Counted from the first letter of the stretch, positions 9,303 to 21,451 are shown. The stretch is 64,000 nt of DNA from Candidatus Latescibacterota bacterium (GCA_965203175.1 OZ241867.1:2560001-2624000); one strand, 5' to 3'. Notes: generated by a model from the letters alone, not told the origin. A program made the numbers and translations.

Positions 9303-10395
9303 AGAGTTCCGCGGCGTTTTGCGCCATGATGCGGTGGCGATAGTCCGCGTCAAAATCGGCGAGGAAACCCGTTGGCTCGTCCCAATCCCAGTGCGGATAG
9401 TCGCTGGCGAAAACCAGGACCTCATCGGCGTGCAACCACTCTAAAAAGCGCTTCATATCGTCGCGCGTGGGTGGCTGGATCATGGGCTGGGTGCCAAAGC
9501 GGATGTGCTGCCGCAGGTACTCGCTGGGCAGGCGCTTGACCCACGGCGTATAATCGCGCAGGCCCTTCCAGTCGGAATCCATGTGCCACATCAGCCCCGG
9601 GACCCAGAACACATCGTGCTCGACGAAGAGGACCCGAAAATCGGGGAATTTTTCAAAGACGCCCTCGCAGATGAAGCTGACCGTATGCGCCATGGCGATC
9701 TGCGGCCGGGCCATGCGCATTTCCAGATAGTGCGAGGGATACCCCGCGGCCGTGGGCGGCGCGGCAATGCCGGATCCCTCGGCTCCGAAGTGGATGCTCA
9801 GCGGCAGGCCGTGGCGCTGGCAGGCCTCGTAGATGGGATGGTAAAAGCGGTGGCCAAAAGGCTGGCGCGAACCAGCCGGCATCATCACTTGGACGCACTC
9901 GGGCCTGGAGCCTAGGCGGTCTATTTCCTCCACGGCTAGCTGCGGGTCTTGGGGGGCGATGTGGATGGAGGATCTAAAGCGCGAGTCTACACCCACCCAG
10001 TGCTCTAGGGTCCAATCGTTGAAGGCCCGGCAATAGGCCGCTGCATAATCGCAATCCGAATGCACGGCCGCGCTGTACGGCCCACCCGTCAACACGGCCA
10101 CGTCGATGTCGTACTCGTCGAGATGCCTCTGGCGCGCTACTTCGACATTGGCCGCTGGATTGGTCTTTTGTTCCTCCCACAATTCTTGGCGGTTGCCGTG
10201 TTTAGGCATATTGGTATGGCCCAACTGCGGCATCATGGAGCCGAAGTCCTCAATGCGCTCGACATAGTGGCGCGGCAAGTAGGGAAAGAGGGCCTTGTCG
10301 TTGGGCAGGGTGTGATGCACGTCGCAGTCGATGAGACGAAACTGGGTGGCTGTGTGGCCGTTTGTGGATGGGACGGGTTGGGCATTAGCAGTCAT
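9292..10395 (-). CDS. Amidohydrolase_2 family TIM-barrel metalloenzyme
   Basis: IDCDVHH, RAFNDW, EGVFEKFP, FASDYPHWDWD. Confidence 0.88.
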   Translation of the reverse strand: MTANAQPVPSTNGHTATQFRLIDCDVHHTLPNDKALFPYLPRHYVERIEDFGSMMPQLGHTNMPKHGNRQELWEEQKTNPAANVEVARQRHLDEYDIDVAVLTGGPYSAAVHSDCDYAAAYCRAFNDWTLEHWVGVDSRFRSSIHIAPQDPQLAVEEIDRLGSRPECVQVMMPAGSRQPFGHRFYHPIYEACQRHGLPLSIHFGAEGSGIAAPPTAAGYPSHYLEMRMARPQIAMAHTVSFICEGVFEKFPDFRVLFVEHDVFWVPGLMWHMDSDWKGLRDYTPWVKRLPSEYLRQHIRFGTQPMIQPPTRDDMKRFLEWLHADEVLVFASDYPHWDWDEPTGFLADFDADYRHRIMAQNAAELYGF

Positions 10396-10480
10396 GGTTC
10401 ATCTCCAGGGATGAGGCGCGGATGTATGATGTAGATAAGAAGCGTCATCCGTAGTGTGTCAAGGGGATTCAAAAGCGACC

Positions 10481-11608
10481 TCATGCGGACCCATCCCGGC
10501 TCAGGGTGAGGAGCGCGATTTCGGAAGGGGCACCGAGCCGCAGCGGCGGACCCCAGTAGCCAGTACCTCGGTGGACGTAGATCCAGGTGTCGCGGAATTT
10601 GTGCAGGCCCGCGACATAGGGCTGTTGGAGGGGGATTGCGTACTTCCACGGCACGAACTGGCCGCCGTGCGTGTGGCCCGACAGTTGGAGGTGGCAGTCG
10701 GCTTGGCTGGCGGCCTCTATGCTGCGCGGCTGGTGCGCGAGCAGGATGCGCACATCGGCTCCGTCGCTCGCAGCAAGGGCCTTGGCCGGGTCCGATGCGT
10801 GGTCGGGCACTAGCTCGCCGGCACTGAAGTCGGTCGTGCCGGCCAAGGCTATCCGCCCGCCATCGCAGTCGATCTGGCGTAGTTCGTTGATTAGGACGTC
10901 GAAGCCGAGAATACGCGCCTGCTCAGTCCAGCTCTCCACGCCCGAGTAGTATTCGTGGTTGCCAGTGCAGAAATAGATTCCGAGCGGCGCGGTGAGTTCG
11001 GCTAGAGAGGCTGTATGTGGGGCGAGTCGTTCGACCGGCCCGTCGGCGAGGTCGCCGGTGAAGGCGATTAGGTCGGGTTGCAATTCGTTGACGCGGGCGA
11101 CGACGCGCTCTACAAAAGGGGCTTTGATGGTTGGGCCGATGTGGAGATCGCTGATCTGGACGATGCGCAGTCCAACTAGCGCGGGTGGAAGATTCGCGAT
11201 AGGGACGTCGACGCGGCGGACCGCTGGCGTGCGGCGAGCTTGGTAGTAACCGTAGCAGGCCGCAACCAAGGCTAGGGCAAAGGTCGCCAAGTCGATGCTG
11301 GCATTGAGCGATGCGTCGATGGGATAGATCAGGACCAAGAGCAGTCCTCCAAGATCGCGTAGGACCAGTAGCGTCGAGCAGATGGTGAAAAAGCCCATGC
11401 CGAGATAGGCCACCCAAGCGAGGGGATCCGTCAGCCAAGCCAGATGTGGACGGGAGCGCAGGCGAAAGAGCAACAAGGGCGTCAATAGCAGGAATACCAG
11501 CGCTAGTGCGGCACCGATCTGTGCGGGCGGCGGGAGATAGGGAATGAGCCGCCAGCCCGAATAGCCGTAGATCGAGCCGAGCAGCGATAGAAAAATCAGC
11601 GCAAACAT
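10481..11608 (-). CDS. Membrane-anchored metallophosphoesterase (YkuE-like)
   Basis: N-terminal TM helices; SDLH, TGD, GNHE, LAHQP, SGHTHGGQ. Confidence 0.9.
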   Translation of the reverse strand: MFALIFLSLLGSIYGYSGWRLIPYLPPPAQIGAALALVFLLLTPLLLFRLRSRPHLAWLTDPLAWVAYLGMGFFTICSTLLVLRDLGGLLLVLIYPIDASLNASIDLATFALALVAACYGYYQARRTPAVRRVDVPIANLPPALVGLRIVQISDLHIGPTIKAPFVERVVARVNELQPDLIAFTGDLADGPVERLAPHTASLAELTAPLGIYFCTGNHEYYSGVESWTEQARILGFDVLINELRQIDCDGGRIALAGTTDFSAGELVPDHASDPAKALAASDGADVRILLAHQPRSIEAASQADCHLQLSGHTHGGQFVPWKYAIPLQQPYVAGLHKFRDTWIYVHRGTGYWGPPLRLGAPSEIALLTLSRDGSA

Positions 11609-11771
11609 GCCCTGGTCTTTGTTTGAGAGGAAATGCGGCTTTTATTTTAGGGGCAATCCAAGACCCTTACAAGTCAAGGTACGCTGACTGACGGGTCTTG
11701 TCCCCAGTCGGTCGAGTAGTTATTAAAAGACTTGGAGGCAGGGGAGAAAATTGAACAGAAGGAGACCAATC

Positions 11772-12635
11772 GTGAAAGGCCAACATCTCGACTTTTTCGA
11801 GGAAGAAGGGTACGTCATCGTCAAAGGAGGGCTTACCGACGACGATCTCGCGCCGCTCATCGAGGATCACAATATCATCGTCGATGAAATCGCCCGCGAT
11901 CTACACGGCCAAGGCAAGATCGCCAACCTCTACGAAAACGAGCCTTTTGCGCGGCGCTTGGCCTGCCTCGCCGAAGAGTGTGACGAGGTCGATGGCTGTC
12001 CCGACATAGGGGAGACCCGCCGGCGCGGCACCTTTGAATTTTTGCGCAACCAAAACCTCGTCGATCTGATTGAGCCGTTCATCGGTCCAGAAATTACCTG
12101 CAATGCCGTGTCGCACGTTCGGCCAAAGATGCCGTCAACAGACGTCATCTTTCATCAGGATGCCGTGTTTACCACCCAACAAGCACAGGGTATCCTGCAG
12201 GTGACGGTCTGGATTCCCCTCGTCGAGTCAACCGAAGAGAACGGCTGCTTGCAGGTTCAGCCTCGGGTCCATCAGCGGCGCATGGTCTATTGGAGGTACG
12301 GGCAGGACCTGCCTCAGACTGAGCGGATTAGTCTGCCCATGCAGAAGGGGGACGTTCTGTTCGTACACAAACTGACGCCCCACGGCTCGGGCCCGAATAA
12401 CACCAACGCCGTGCGCTGGAGTATGGACCTGCGCTACCAGAAAACGGGCGAGCCTTCCCCGCGGCCCGAATGGCCCAGTCTCGTCGCCCGCAGCCGGCGC
12501 GACCCCGCCTCGGAGACCGCCTATGAAGACTGGCGCGACCAATGGGCCGCTGGGCTAGAAAAGACGCCTAAACAGATTCACTACGAGCGTCCAAACAAGC
12601 CTTTGCCCTTCACCGGGGAGATGTTTCTCAAGTAG
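11772..12635 (+). CDS. PhyH family dioxygenase
   Basis: FHQD, VWIPLVESTEENGCL, TPHGSGPNNTNAVRWSMDLRY; GGAG RBS before GTG 11772. Confidence 0.85.
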   Translation: MKGQHLDFFEEEGYVIVKGGLTDDDLAPLIEDHNIIVDEIARDLHGQGKIANLYENEPFARRLACLAEECDEVDGCPDIGETRRRGTFEFLRNQNLVDLIEPFIGPEITCNAVSHVRPKMPSTDVIFHQDAVFTTQQAQGILQVTVWIPLVESTEENGCLQVQPRVHQRRMVYWRYGQDLPQTERISLPMQKGDVLFVHKLTPHGSGPNNTNAVRWSMDLRYQKTGEPSPRPEWPSLVARSRRDPASETAYEDWRDQWAAGLEKTPKQIHYERPNKPLPFTGEMFLK

Positions 12636-12717
12636 CGCAAACCGACCTGCTGACGCGCTGGTGGATGTGGGTGTGGACTGCGCCAGTCGGGCTGCTGCCT
12701 AGACCGAGGAGGACTTC

Positions 12718-13755
12718 ATGTACGGCGTTGGTGTATTGGGCAATTGCTGCACCCACGGAGCTGGGACCGCCGGGCAGTTCGCCGCGCATCCTCGGACCTG
12801 GGTGGTGACGGGATACGAGCCTAGGGCGCAGCGAGCCGGGGAATTGCAGCGGGCCATGCGAGCGCCCCTTGCCGCCAGTTATGAGGCTGTGGTGAACCAT
12901 GCCCAGGTCGAAATCCTGGCTCTGGCGACCGATCCCTGCGACAAAGCCGAGATGGTCGAATTGGCCGCTCGGGCTGGCAAGGCGCTCTGGATCAACAAAC
13001 CCCTGTGCCACAATCCAGCCGCCGCCCGACGCATTGAAGAACAGGTCCGGGCTGCGGGGGTCCCCGCTGTTTTCGACGCCCCCATGGTTAAATTCCAACC
13101 CGCCTTTGACAAATTGCTGCACCAGGTGCGGGCCGGGCTATACGGCGAGGTGGTGAGCTACTACCACACCTTTGGCATGACCTTTGCCCCGGACTTCCCG
13201 ATCCGGGACACTTGGCCCGAGCGCTTTGATCCAGCTACCACGGCCGGCGGCGGCGAAATGACCAATATGGGCTGCTACGCCATTGACTACGCCCTGCATT
13301 TGCTGGGCGTGCCCCGCCGGGTGGAAGCGCGCTGGCAGAAGTTTTGGCGACCCTATGTCGAGGCCGATGTGGAGAACTTTGGCCAGATATGTCTCGACTA
13401 CGGACGCTTTTGGGCCGTATTGGCAGTGGGCAAACAGGCCGTCGAGGGCCAGCGGGGTCCGCGCAATGCCTTGACCATTGAATTCGAAGCGGCCAATTTC
13501 TTCCTCGACCCAGGTGCTGGCCTAGTCGTCGAGACCGGTCGGGCCCGTTCGCTCGACGAGTACCTGGACGGCCATCAATGTCCCTCCTCCATTGACCAGT
13601 TGCTCGCGGCCCTGGAAGAAGGCCCTGCACCCCAGAGCGATATAGCCACGGCGGCCAGAGGCGTGGAAGTTCTGTGCGGCGCGTACCAATCCATCCTCGA
13701 AGAACGGCCCGTGGACCTGCCGCTAATCCGGGCGAAAAATCCCCTATTTGAGTGA
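12718..13755 (+). CDS. Gfo/Idh/MocA family oxidoreductase
   Basis: N-terminal Rossmann-like VGVLG, AGKALWINKPL (EKP variant), GGGEMTNMGCYAID. Confidence 0.8.
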   Translation: MYGVGVLGNCCTHGAGTAGQFAAHPRTWVVTGYEPRAQRAGELQRAMRAPLAASYEAVVNHAQVEILALATDPCDKAEMVELAARAGKALWINKPLCHNPAAARRIEEQVRAAGVPAVFDAPMVKFQPAFDKLLHQVRAGLYGEVVSYYHTFGMTFAPDFPIRDTWPERFDPATTAGGGEMTNMGCYAIDYALHLLGVPRRVEARWQKFWRPYVEADVENFGQICLDYGRFWAVLAVGKQAVEGQRGPRNALTIEFEAANFFLDPGAGLVVETGRARSLDEYLDGHQCPSSIDQLLAALEEGPAPQSDIATAARGVEVLCGAYQSILEERPVDLPLIRAKNPLFE

Positions 13756-13864
13756 AGCTCCTGAGAAGCCGTCTGCTTCACTACGCCTTTAGGCGTGACA
13801 ACCCCCGGCGACCGGTGCCCACCCTGTAAGGGACCGACCTCGATCCTTTGAAAAAGGGAGGCAG

Positions 13865-14851
13865 ATGTCAATCGACGCAACCGATTCGGACGCACCGAAA
13901 TTTCCCGAGCGATTCTTGCGATACGCAACTAGAGAATTTGGCAAAGAAGGCGAGGCGTGGATTGAGGAACTGCCGTCTATTCTCGTGCGGTGCTGCGATA
14001 AGTGGGGTCTGACACTCGGCCGACCGACCGAAGAGATCAAAATCAACTATATCGCTTACGTCGAGATGGGCAATGGAGAAGAGGCCGTGCTCAAGGTGGG
14101 CGTCCCGCACGGCGATTTCAGCGCGGAGATGGAAGCGTTGGCGATCTACGAGGGCCGTGGGATAAACCGGCTCATCGACTGCGACAAAGCGCTTAACGCC
14201 ATGCTGCTCGAACGACTGCGTCCTGGCAAGATGCTAGACTCTGTTGGGAACGCGCACGAGCAAAGCGAGATTGCGGCGCGTATCCTCCGGGAGTTACACG
14301 CGACTCCGCCGCCGTCGCACCACACACTGCCGCACTTTATGGATTGGATGCGAAGTGCATTCGCGGATGCCAAAAGCTGCGAGGATCGCGAGCGGGCGCG
14401 AGGCTATATCGAGCAGATTCCGCGCGTGGAATCTATGATGGGAATCCTGATGGAGGCGGATGAACCTCAGATACTGCTGCACGGCGACCTCCATCACTGG
14501 AACATACTGTCCGACGCAAGCCGCGGCTGGATGGCGATTGATCCGAAGGGCGTGATCGGGGCCTCGTGTCTGGATGTCGGCCGGTTTATCAACAACGCGA
14601 TGGGATTCGGCGAGACTATTGCGGAGAAGCGAGAGATCCTGCTTGAGGCGGTGACGATTTTCAGCGGTGTACTGGGAGAAAATGAAGAACGGATGTTTGC
14701 GGGCGCTTTCTGCGACAAGATCATGGGTTCATCGTGGGGATTGCAACAGGAGCCTGATGAGCACGAGGCGAGTTCGCAAGAGGCGCTTAGAGTGATGGTT
14801 GAGATGGCGAGGGACGTGGATGATTGTCGGCTGCGATGTCGAGTCATCTAG
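13865..14851 (+). CDS. APH(6)-like aminoglycoside/hydroxyurea resistance kinase family protein
   Basis: AVLKVG, AMLLERLRPG, LLHGDLHHWNIL, WMAIDPKG. Confidence 0.85.
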   Translation: MSIDATDSDAPKFPERFLRYATREFGKEGEAWIEELPSILVRCCDKWGLTLGRPTEEIKINYIAYVEMGNGEEAVLKVGVPHGDFSAEMEALAIYEGRGINRLIDCDKALNAMLLERLRPGKMLDSVGNAHEQSEIAARILRELHATPPPSHHTLPHFMDWMRSAFADAKSCEDRERARGYIEQIPRVESMMGILMEADEPQILLHGDLHHWNILSDASRGWMAIDPKGVIGASCLDVGRFINNAMGFGETIAEKREILLEAVTIFSGVLGENEERMFAGAFCDKIMGSSWGLQQEPDEHEASSQEALRVMVEMARDVDDCRLRCRVI

Positions 14852-14974
14852 TGGTGCAGACGCACCAAGCCACATCGCGTTGCACCTACTTGCGCAGATG
14901 CAACGCTCATCGTGCGTGGCTGGTCGGGTAGCGAGGCGGACTTGCGCTTGCAGCCACTTGTCCGCCTGTCATTG

Positions 14975-15307
14975 TTAACCCTTGAGCCGGTTGATCGTCC
15001 TTCTGACGAGGATGGCTATAACGGCGGCGTATAGAGCGATGCTGACCTGATCGACGATGGCGTCTAAGCGATCACCAAGCGTGTCGAGAAGTTCCTGGTC
15101 CAGCACGTTCGCACTTGCGGCAGCGCCAACCGCAATGGTGACTGCCAAGTAGGCTGTTGCGTCCTCGGCGTCGATCGCTATCGCCCCATATATCAGACCC
15201 AGAACGACTAGCGCGAGCGTCAGAATGCCTCCTCCGATCGGGGCACCTGCCGCACCCTGAATGATGGCCACAAGAGCCATCAGGCCAATGATAATCCTGA
15301 CTGCCAT
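14975..15307 (-). CDS. Small integral membrane protein (3-4 TM), unknown function
   Basis: Hydrophobic ORF MAVRIIIGLMALV... preceded by a GGAGGGAG RBS. Confidence 0.7.
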   Translation of the reverse strand: MAVRIIIGLMALVAIIQGAAGAPIGGGILTLALVVLGLIYGAIAIDAEDATAYLAVTIAVGAAASANVLDQELLDTLGDRLDAIVDQVSIALYAAVIAILVRRTINRLKG

Positions 15308-15637
15308 TTCTCCCTCCTGGAGTAAGTTGATAACGACTAGCGTACTCAACCTCCCGTGACGGTCACCGAAGGTATAACGCAGTCGCAGAAACCACACCGC
15401 CAATGGAGAAAAAAACTGTCTCGGAAAAAATCGATTATGTGCCTATATGTCGTTCCGCCGGGATCGAATCTGTAGCTTGGTGCAGCTTGGTTAAATTTGG
15501 TACAGGAATAGCCGAACCATTCGGCGCTACACCAATAGTTGTGCTAGACAATATAGAGAGATACGATATTATGGGGCGCGCATCAAGAAAATAATGATGC
15601 GCCATAGTGCGGAAAGGACGTTTATAGGGACGCTGAG

Positions 15638-16690
15638 CTAGGCAATGATGCCGCCGCCGAGGCAAATTTCACCGTCGTAGAACACGGCGTGCTGGCCTGG
15701 AGCAATGCCGGGATCGGGCGTAGATAAGGCGACGTGGGCGCGATCCGGCGCGAGCATCTGTACCTGACAGGGAATCAGGGCTGGCCCATGCCGCAGCTTG
15801 ACTTGGAGCACGGTCTGCTCCGGTGCTCCAGCAATCCAATGGATTTGTTCGGCGATCAGTTCGCGGCGTCCGGCCCGCGTCAGCGCGCTGCCGTGGGCGA
15901 TGTACACGATGTTGTTGGCAACGTCTTTGTCTGTCACATACCAAGGTCCGCCGCCGAGTTGCAGGCCGTGCCGTTGGCCAATGGTGTAGAACCAATAGCC
16001 GGGGTGCTCGCCCTTCTTTTGTCCGCTCGTCTGCTCGACGATGTCGCCTTGGGCTTCTCCCAAGTGGAAGCGGACGAAGTCCCGGTAGTTGATCTTGCCC
16101 AAGAAGCACATGCCTTGGCTGTCGGGGCGATTCTTGGCCGGCAGGTCGAATTCCGCGGCGAGTGCGCGCACTTGATGCTTGTGCAGGTGGCCGATGGGCA
16201 GGCAGAGCCGAGCGAGTTGCGCTTGGCTCAGATTGGAGAGGAAATAGGTCTGGTCCTTGACCGGATCGGCGGCGCGCCGGAGCCGATAGCCGCCCGCGGT
16301 CTCCTCGACGCGGGCGTAGTGTCCGGAGGCAATTTGCTCGCACTCGTTGGCCACCCGCTGATAAAAGGCTCCGAACTTGACGCGCTGGTTGCAACAGATG
16401 TCTGGGCTGGGCGTGCGCCCCAAGCGCAGCTCGGCCAATGCGTACTCGACGATGTGGTCGCGGTACTCGCTTTGCAGCGGTACGACTTCGAGTGGCACCC
16501 CGAGCTGTTCGCAGGTGGCGCGGGCGTAGGTCAAGTCCGTTTCCCACGGGCAGTCGCCGAGCGAAAACAGCTCGTCCTCCAGCCAGATCTTGAGGTAGTA
16601 GGCTTTGAGGACGAGCCGCTTTTCGCGTTGGAGTAGCGCGAGGGCCAACGAGCTATCGACCCCACCGGAAAGCAGGACGGCGACGTTCAT
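15638..16690 (-). CDS. mnmA: tRNA-specific 2-thiouridylase
   Basis: SGGVDSS PP-loop, TPSPDICCN, SGHYA, KDQTYFL, DSQGMCF, PGQHAVFY. Confidence 0.96.
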   Translation of the reverse strand: MNVAVLLSGGVDSSLALALLQREKRLVLKAYYLKIWLEDELFSLGDCPWETDLTYARATCEQLGVPLEVVPLQSEYRDHIVEYALAELRLGRTPSPDICCNQRVKFGAFYQRVANECEQIASGHYARVEETAGGYRLRRAADPVKDQTYFLSNLSQAQLARLCLPIGHLHKHQVRALAAEFDLPAKNRPDSQGMCFLGKINYRDFVRFHLGEAQGDIVEQTSGQKKGEHPGYWFYTIGQRHGLQLGGGPWYVTDKDVANNIVYIAHGSALTRAGRRELIAEQIHWIAGAPEQTVLQVKLRHGPALIPCQVQMLAPDRAHVALSTPDPGIAPGQHAVFYDGEICLGGGIIA

Positions 16691-16696
16691 GGGATG

Positions 16697-18019
<1,323 letters not shown>

Positions 18020-18066
18020 TGAGTTCTCCTTATGAATGATGAGTAGTTTGTTGTGTGGCAAATTCC

Positions 18067-19644
18067 TCATGCCGGTCCGGCTTGCTTTACGGCCGTTGAA
18101 GCTCCGTCCACAAAGGCGGCGAAGTTCGCCTTGAACAGCTCGGCGAGTTGGCCAGCGCGCTCGTCGTAGGCCGCTCCATCGGTCCAAGTTCGTCGTGGTA
18201 CCATCTGCGCAGTGGGCACGTCTGGACACGCGCACACTACGTCAAAGCCGAAGCGCGGATCCTGCTCTGTGGGCGCGTTGGCCAGGGCTCCGGCGTGAAT
18301 CGCACTGATAATCGCCCGAGTGTGCTGAAGCGAGAGGCGCGTGCCTATCCCGTACGGCCCTCCCGTCCAGCCCGTGTTGACCAGCCAGACTTGCGCGTTG
18401 TGGGCGCGGATCTTGTCGGCTAGCAGAGCGGCGTACTTGTGCGGATGCCAGACTATGAAGGCCGCGCCAAAGCAAGCCGAAAACGTGGCTTCTGGCTCGG
18501 TGACGCCCATCTCGGTACCGGCGACTTTGGCCGTGTACCCGCTCATAAAGTGATACATAGCTTGGTCGGGCGTCAGGCGGCTGACTGGCGGCAGCACGCC
18601 GAAGGCATCGCAGGTGAGGAAGATGATGTCGCGTGGATGGCGACCGGTGCAGGGGATCATCGCGTTGGGGATGTAGTCAATGGGATAGGCCGCACGGGTG
18701 TTTTCGGTGATCGCGTCGGCAGCGTAATCGACTCGGCGGCTCTCCTCGTCGCAGACGACGTTTTCCAAGACCGTGCCAAAGCGAATGGCGCGAAAGATCT
18801 CCGGCTCTTGCTCTGGGGTTAAGTCGATGCATTTGGCATAGCAGCCGCCCTCGATGTTGAAGATTCCCTCCGCGCTCCAGACGTGCTCGTCGTCGCCGAT
18901 CAACTGCCGCTGTGGATCGGTTGAAAGCGTGGTCTTGCCCGTGCCCGACAAGCCAAAGAACAACGCAGTGTCGCCGCTGGTTCCCGCATTGGCCGAACAG
19001 TGCATGGGCAGCAGGCCGGCTTTGGGCATGAGGAAGTTCATGACCGTGAATACGCCTTTTTTCATTTCGCCCGCGTACTCGGTTCCCAAAATCACCATTT
19101 CTCTGCGCTCGAAGCTCAGGTCGATGCTGGTTGTGGAGGTCATCTCCGAAGTGTAGCGGTTGGCCGGAAAGCGGCCAGCGTTGTAGATGGTAAAATCCGG
19201 CGGATCAAATTGGGCCAGTTCGGCTTCGGACGGGCGGATGAGCATGTTGTGCATGAAGAGCGCGTGGTATGCGCGAGAGCAAATCACGCGAATTTTGATC
19301 CGATATTGGGGATCCCAGCCGGCGAATCCATCGACCACGTACAACTGCTCGCAGGTGTTGAGATAGTCGATGGCGCGCTCTAGGTTGATCATAAAGGTGT
19401 GCTCTTGGAGCTTGATGTTGACCGCACCCCACCAGATGTCGGCGCTACTTTGCGGGTCGAAGACGATGCGCTTGTCAGTGGGACTGCGCCCGGTTTTGTT
19501 GCCCGAGGAAACCACGAGCGCGCCTTGATCGGAAATGATGGATCCGCGCTCGTGGCGCAGCGCTTCTTCGTAAAGCTTGGCTGGCGCCACGTTGCGGAGA
19601 ATCGCGCCGACCGAGATATCGTCGAGCTGGATGATTTCGCTCAT
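18067..19644 (-). CDS. pckA: Phosphoenolpyruvate carboxykinase (ATP)
   Basis: [45 protein letters not shown]. Confidence 0.98.
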   Translation of the reverse strand: MSEIIQLDDISVGAILRNVAPAKLYEEALRHERGSIISDQGALVVSSGNKTGRSPTDKRIVFDPQSSADIWWGAVNIKLQEHTFMINLERAIDYLNTCEQLYVVDGFAGWDPQYRIKIRVICSRAYHALFMHNMLIRPSEAELAQFDPPDFTIYNAGRFPANRYTSEMTSTTSIDLSFERREMVILGTEYAGEMKKGVFTVMNFLMPKAGLLPMHCSANAGTSGDTALFFGLSGTGKTTLSTDPQRQLIGDDEHVWSAEGIFNIEGGCYAKCIDLTPEQEPEIFRAIRFGTVLENVVCDEESRRVDYAADAITENTRAAYPIDYIPNAMIPCTGRHPRDIIFLTCDAFGVLPPVSRLTPDQAMYHFMSGYTAKVAGTEMGVTEPEATFSACFGAAFIVWHPHKYAALLADKIRAHNAQVWLVNTGWTGGPYGIGTRLSLQHTRAIISAIHAGALANAPTEQDPRFGFDVVCACPDVPTAQMVPRRTWTDGAAYDERAGQLAELFKANFAAFVDGASTAVKQAGPA

Positions 19645-19775
19645 AGTTTTTTGTTGAGTTGTATAAAAGTCATCTTATACGCTTTAAATGCGGCCTTCAC
19701 CGGTGCCGGTGGAAGTATTTAGGTATTAGTCAATTAAGATACTTACCTGCGAATGAGCAAGCGCGTCCCACCAAG

Positions 19776-19804
19776 TTGACGATACAGTCTCAACACCCTA
19801 CCTT
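19776..19804 (+). promoter_or_regulatory. Putative sigma70 promoter
   Basis: TTGACG-17 nt-TACCTT upstream of the GNAT gene. Confidence 0.45.
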
Positions 19805-19852
19805 GCCCCCACCTTGAGGAAATTCTGCCTGTCATGTTATATCCAATCTATC

Positions 19853-20419
19853 ATGCAATCCCTCGTCTCCCCCTCCGTCCTGTACCGGGATAGCTTCATA
19901 GAGGGCGCAGCCGAGTTCTTGGCCGAAGGCCGTTTCGACTCGACGTACGCCCGATCCCTCGGCTACGACAGCGACTCCCTCGCCGATCAGTTTCCGCAAT
20001 TCGTGCGCGACCTCAAGGCTCTTGCCGATGAGACAGGTTTACGAGTGCGGTACCCAGATCGGGTGCTCTGGCTCGTACACGACGGCGAGTACATCGGCCA
20101 AACCTCTATAAGACCCGAACTCAGCACTCCGTATTTGCTCACCTACGGAGGGCACATTGGCTACAGCATTCGACCTTCTCGGCGGTGTCGCGGTTACGGC
20201 AAGGCCATTCTCGCCCTGACGCTAGAGGTATCACGGGAAATCGGGCTGCGCCGCGTGCTGGTCACCTGCGACTCGGACAACATTGGCTCGCGCAAGATCA
20301 TCGAGCACAACGGCGGCCAATTCGAGAGCGCGATGACCATGCCCAGTCAGGTGTTTCGCGCCGAGGATCGCAAACCCGCGCAGCGCATTGAGAAGTTGCG
20401 CTACTGGATTGACCTATGA
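19853..20419 (+). CDS. GNAT family N-acetyltransferase
   Basis: GGHIGYSIRPSRRCRGYG, VLVTCDSDNIGSRKIIEHNGG, RYWI. Confidence 0.9.
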   Translation: MQSLVSPSVLYRDSFIEGAAEFLAEGRFDSTYARSLGYDSDSLADQFPQFVRDLKALADETGLRVRYPDRVLWLVHDGEYIGQTSIRPELSTPYLLTYGGHIGYSIRPSRRCRGYGKAILALTLEVSREIGLRRVLVTCDSDNIGSRKIIEHNGGQFESAMTMPSQVFRAEDRKPAQRIEKLRYWIDL

Positions 20420-21366
20420 TTGCCCTAGCTATCGCCTTATTGCTATCCACCGCTGGCTTGACTCTAGCGGATCAAGGGGACGCAGCGCTGCGTCGCACAC
20501 TCTACGCCACCCTGCAAGAGCAACTCGCGCAACAGGCCAGCTATTCGCAAGACCTCTTAAGTAGAATCGCGCAAGGAAGTGGCGTCCCCGTAGAAGAGTT
20601 GCGCCCCCGGCTCCAGGTACTGCTCGACTCACTGATGGCCCAGCGCAAAGCCGAGACAGACGCTTGGGAAATGCTGCTTTTGCAGGGCGGGCCAGACATT
20701 GCGCCCGAGCGCGCCGACAAGCTAATCGCCTATTTGGCCAAGGAGAGCCGCAGTGTGCTCGCCAACGAAAAAAACGTCCTGCTCGAAAAGAGGATCAAAA
20801 AGGTGGCGCGCAAGGCCAAGGTGCCGTTTTTCCAGAGCCGCGATTATATTCTCAGAACCCTCGCATGGGCGGTCGCCAGCAGCGCACCTCAAGAGCGGGA
20901 AAAGCAGCCCCTACACTTCTTGGTCGTCGGCCATACCAACCCCTTTGAGGTGGCGCTTGATCCCCTTTTCCTGTTTTTCGGCACCGAGGACGAAGCCTTC
21001 GTGCGCGAACAGGTTCGCGAAGTCCAGCGATTTCTCGTGCCGGCATTGGTCCAGCGGCTACCCGAATTGGAGGCTATTGGTTGGGCTGTACGCGAACGCG
21101 AGTCTAACGCCCTCGTGATTCCCGACTATCGACTGAGGGTCGGAATCGACGAGCTTCGCTTCGTTGGCTCAAACCTAGATCTCAAGCCCTGTATTGAAAC
21201 TACTCTCGAAGTGACGCAGTGGAAATCTCAAGTCCGCTTGATGGAGGAACCGTTCTCCTTTTGTAGCGAACAGCACGGCTCGGCTACCTCCCGCGAATTG
21301 GCACCCTTCTGGGACGAGGCTGCCGACGCGATTGGGGTACACATAGTGGAGCGGCTGGGGCGCTAG
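20416..21366 (+). CDS. Hypothetical secreted protein
   Basis: Signal-peptide-like N-terminus; ATGA overlap with the GNAT gene; no recognisable motif. Confidence 0.65.
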   Translation: MIALAIALLLSTAGLTLADQGDAALRRTLYATLQEQLAQQASYSQDLLSRIAQGSGVPVEELRPRLQVLLDSLMAQRKAETDAWEMLLLQGGPDIAPERADKLIAYLAKESRSVLANEKNVLLEKRIKKVARKAKVPFFQSRDYILRTLAWAVASSAPQEREKQPLHFLVVGHTNPFEVALDPLFLFFGTEDEAFVREQVREVQRFLVPALVQRLPELEAIGWAVRERESNALVIPDYRLRVGIDELRFVGSNLDLKPCIETTLEVTQWKSQVRLMEEPFSFCSEQHGSATSRELAPFWDEAADAIGVHIVERLGR

Positions 21367-21451
21367 CGGTCTTAATTTTTCCACTACTTTTTTTCACTAA
21401 CATTTTCCCTCGCGTAAAACTTTTTGTGCTCGTCTCTCGTCTTAGAGGGGT

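Noticed and set aside
7341-14851. Aminoglycoside-resistance island (AAC(3) and APH(6)-like)
   Set aside because: Genes are separated, lack mobile-element context and belong to families with many non-resistance members.
15403-15665. Short ORFs between the membrane protein and mnmA
   Set aside because: No RBS or recognisable motif; probably intergenic DNA or a decayed fragment.
15669-16636. Long alternative-frame ORFs (292 and 300 aa) over mnmA, and similar ones over AldDH, E1 and troC
   Set aside because: Shadow ORFs expected in high-GC DNA; no motifs, and they overlap well-supported genes.
18020-18066. SAH riboswitch upstream of ahcY
   Set aside because: Spacer from pckA is under 50 nt and shows no such structure.
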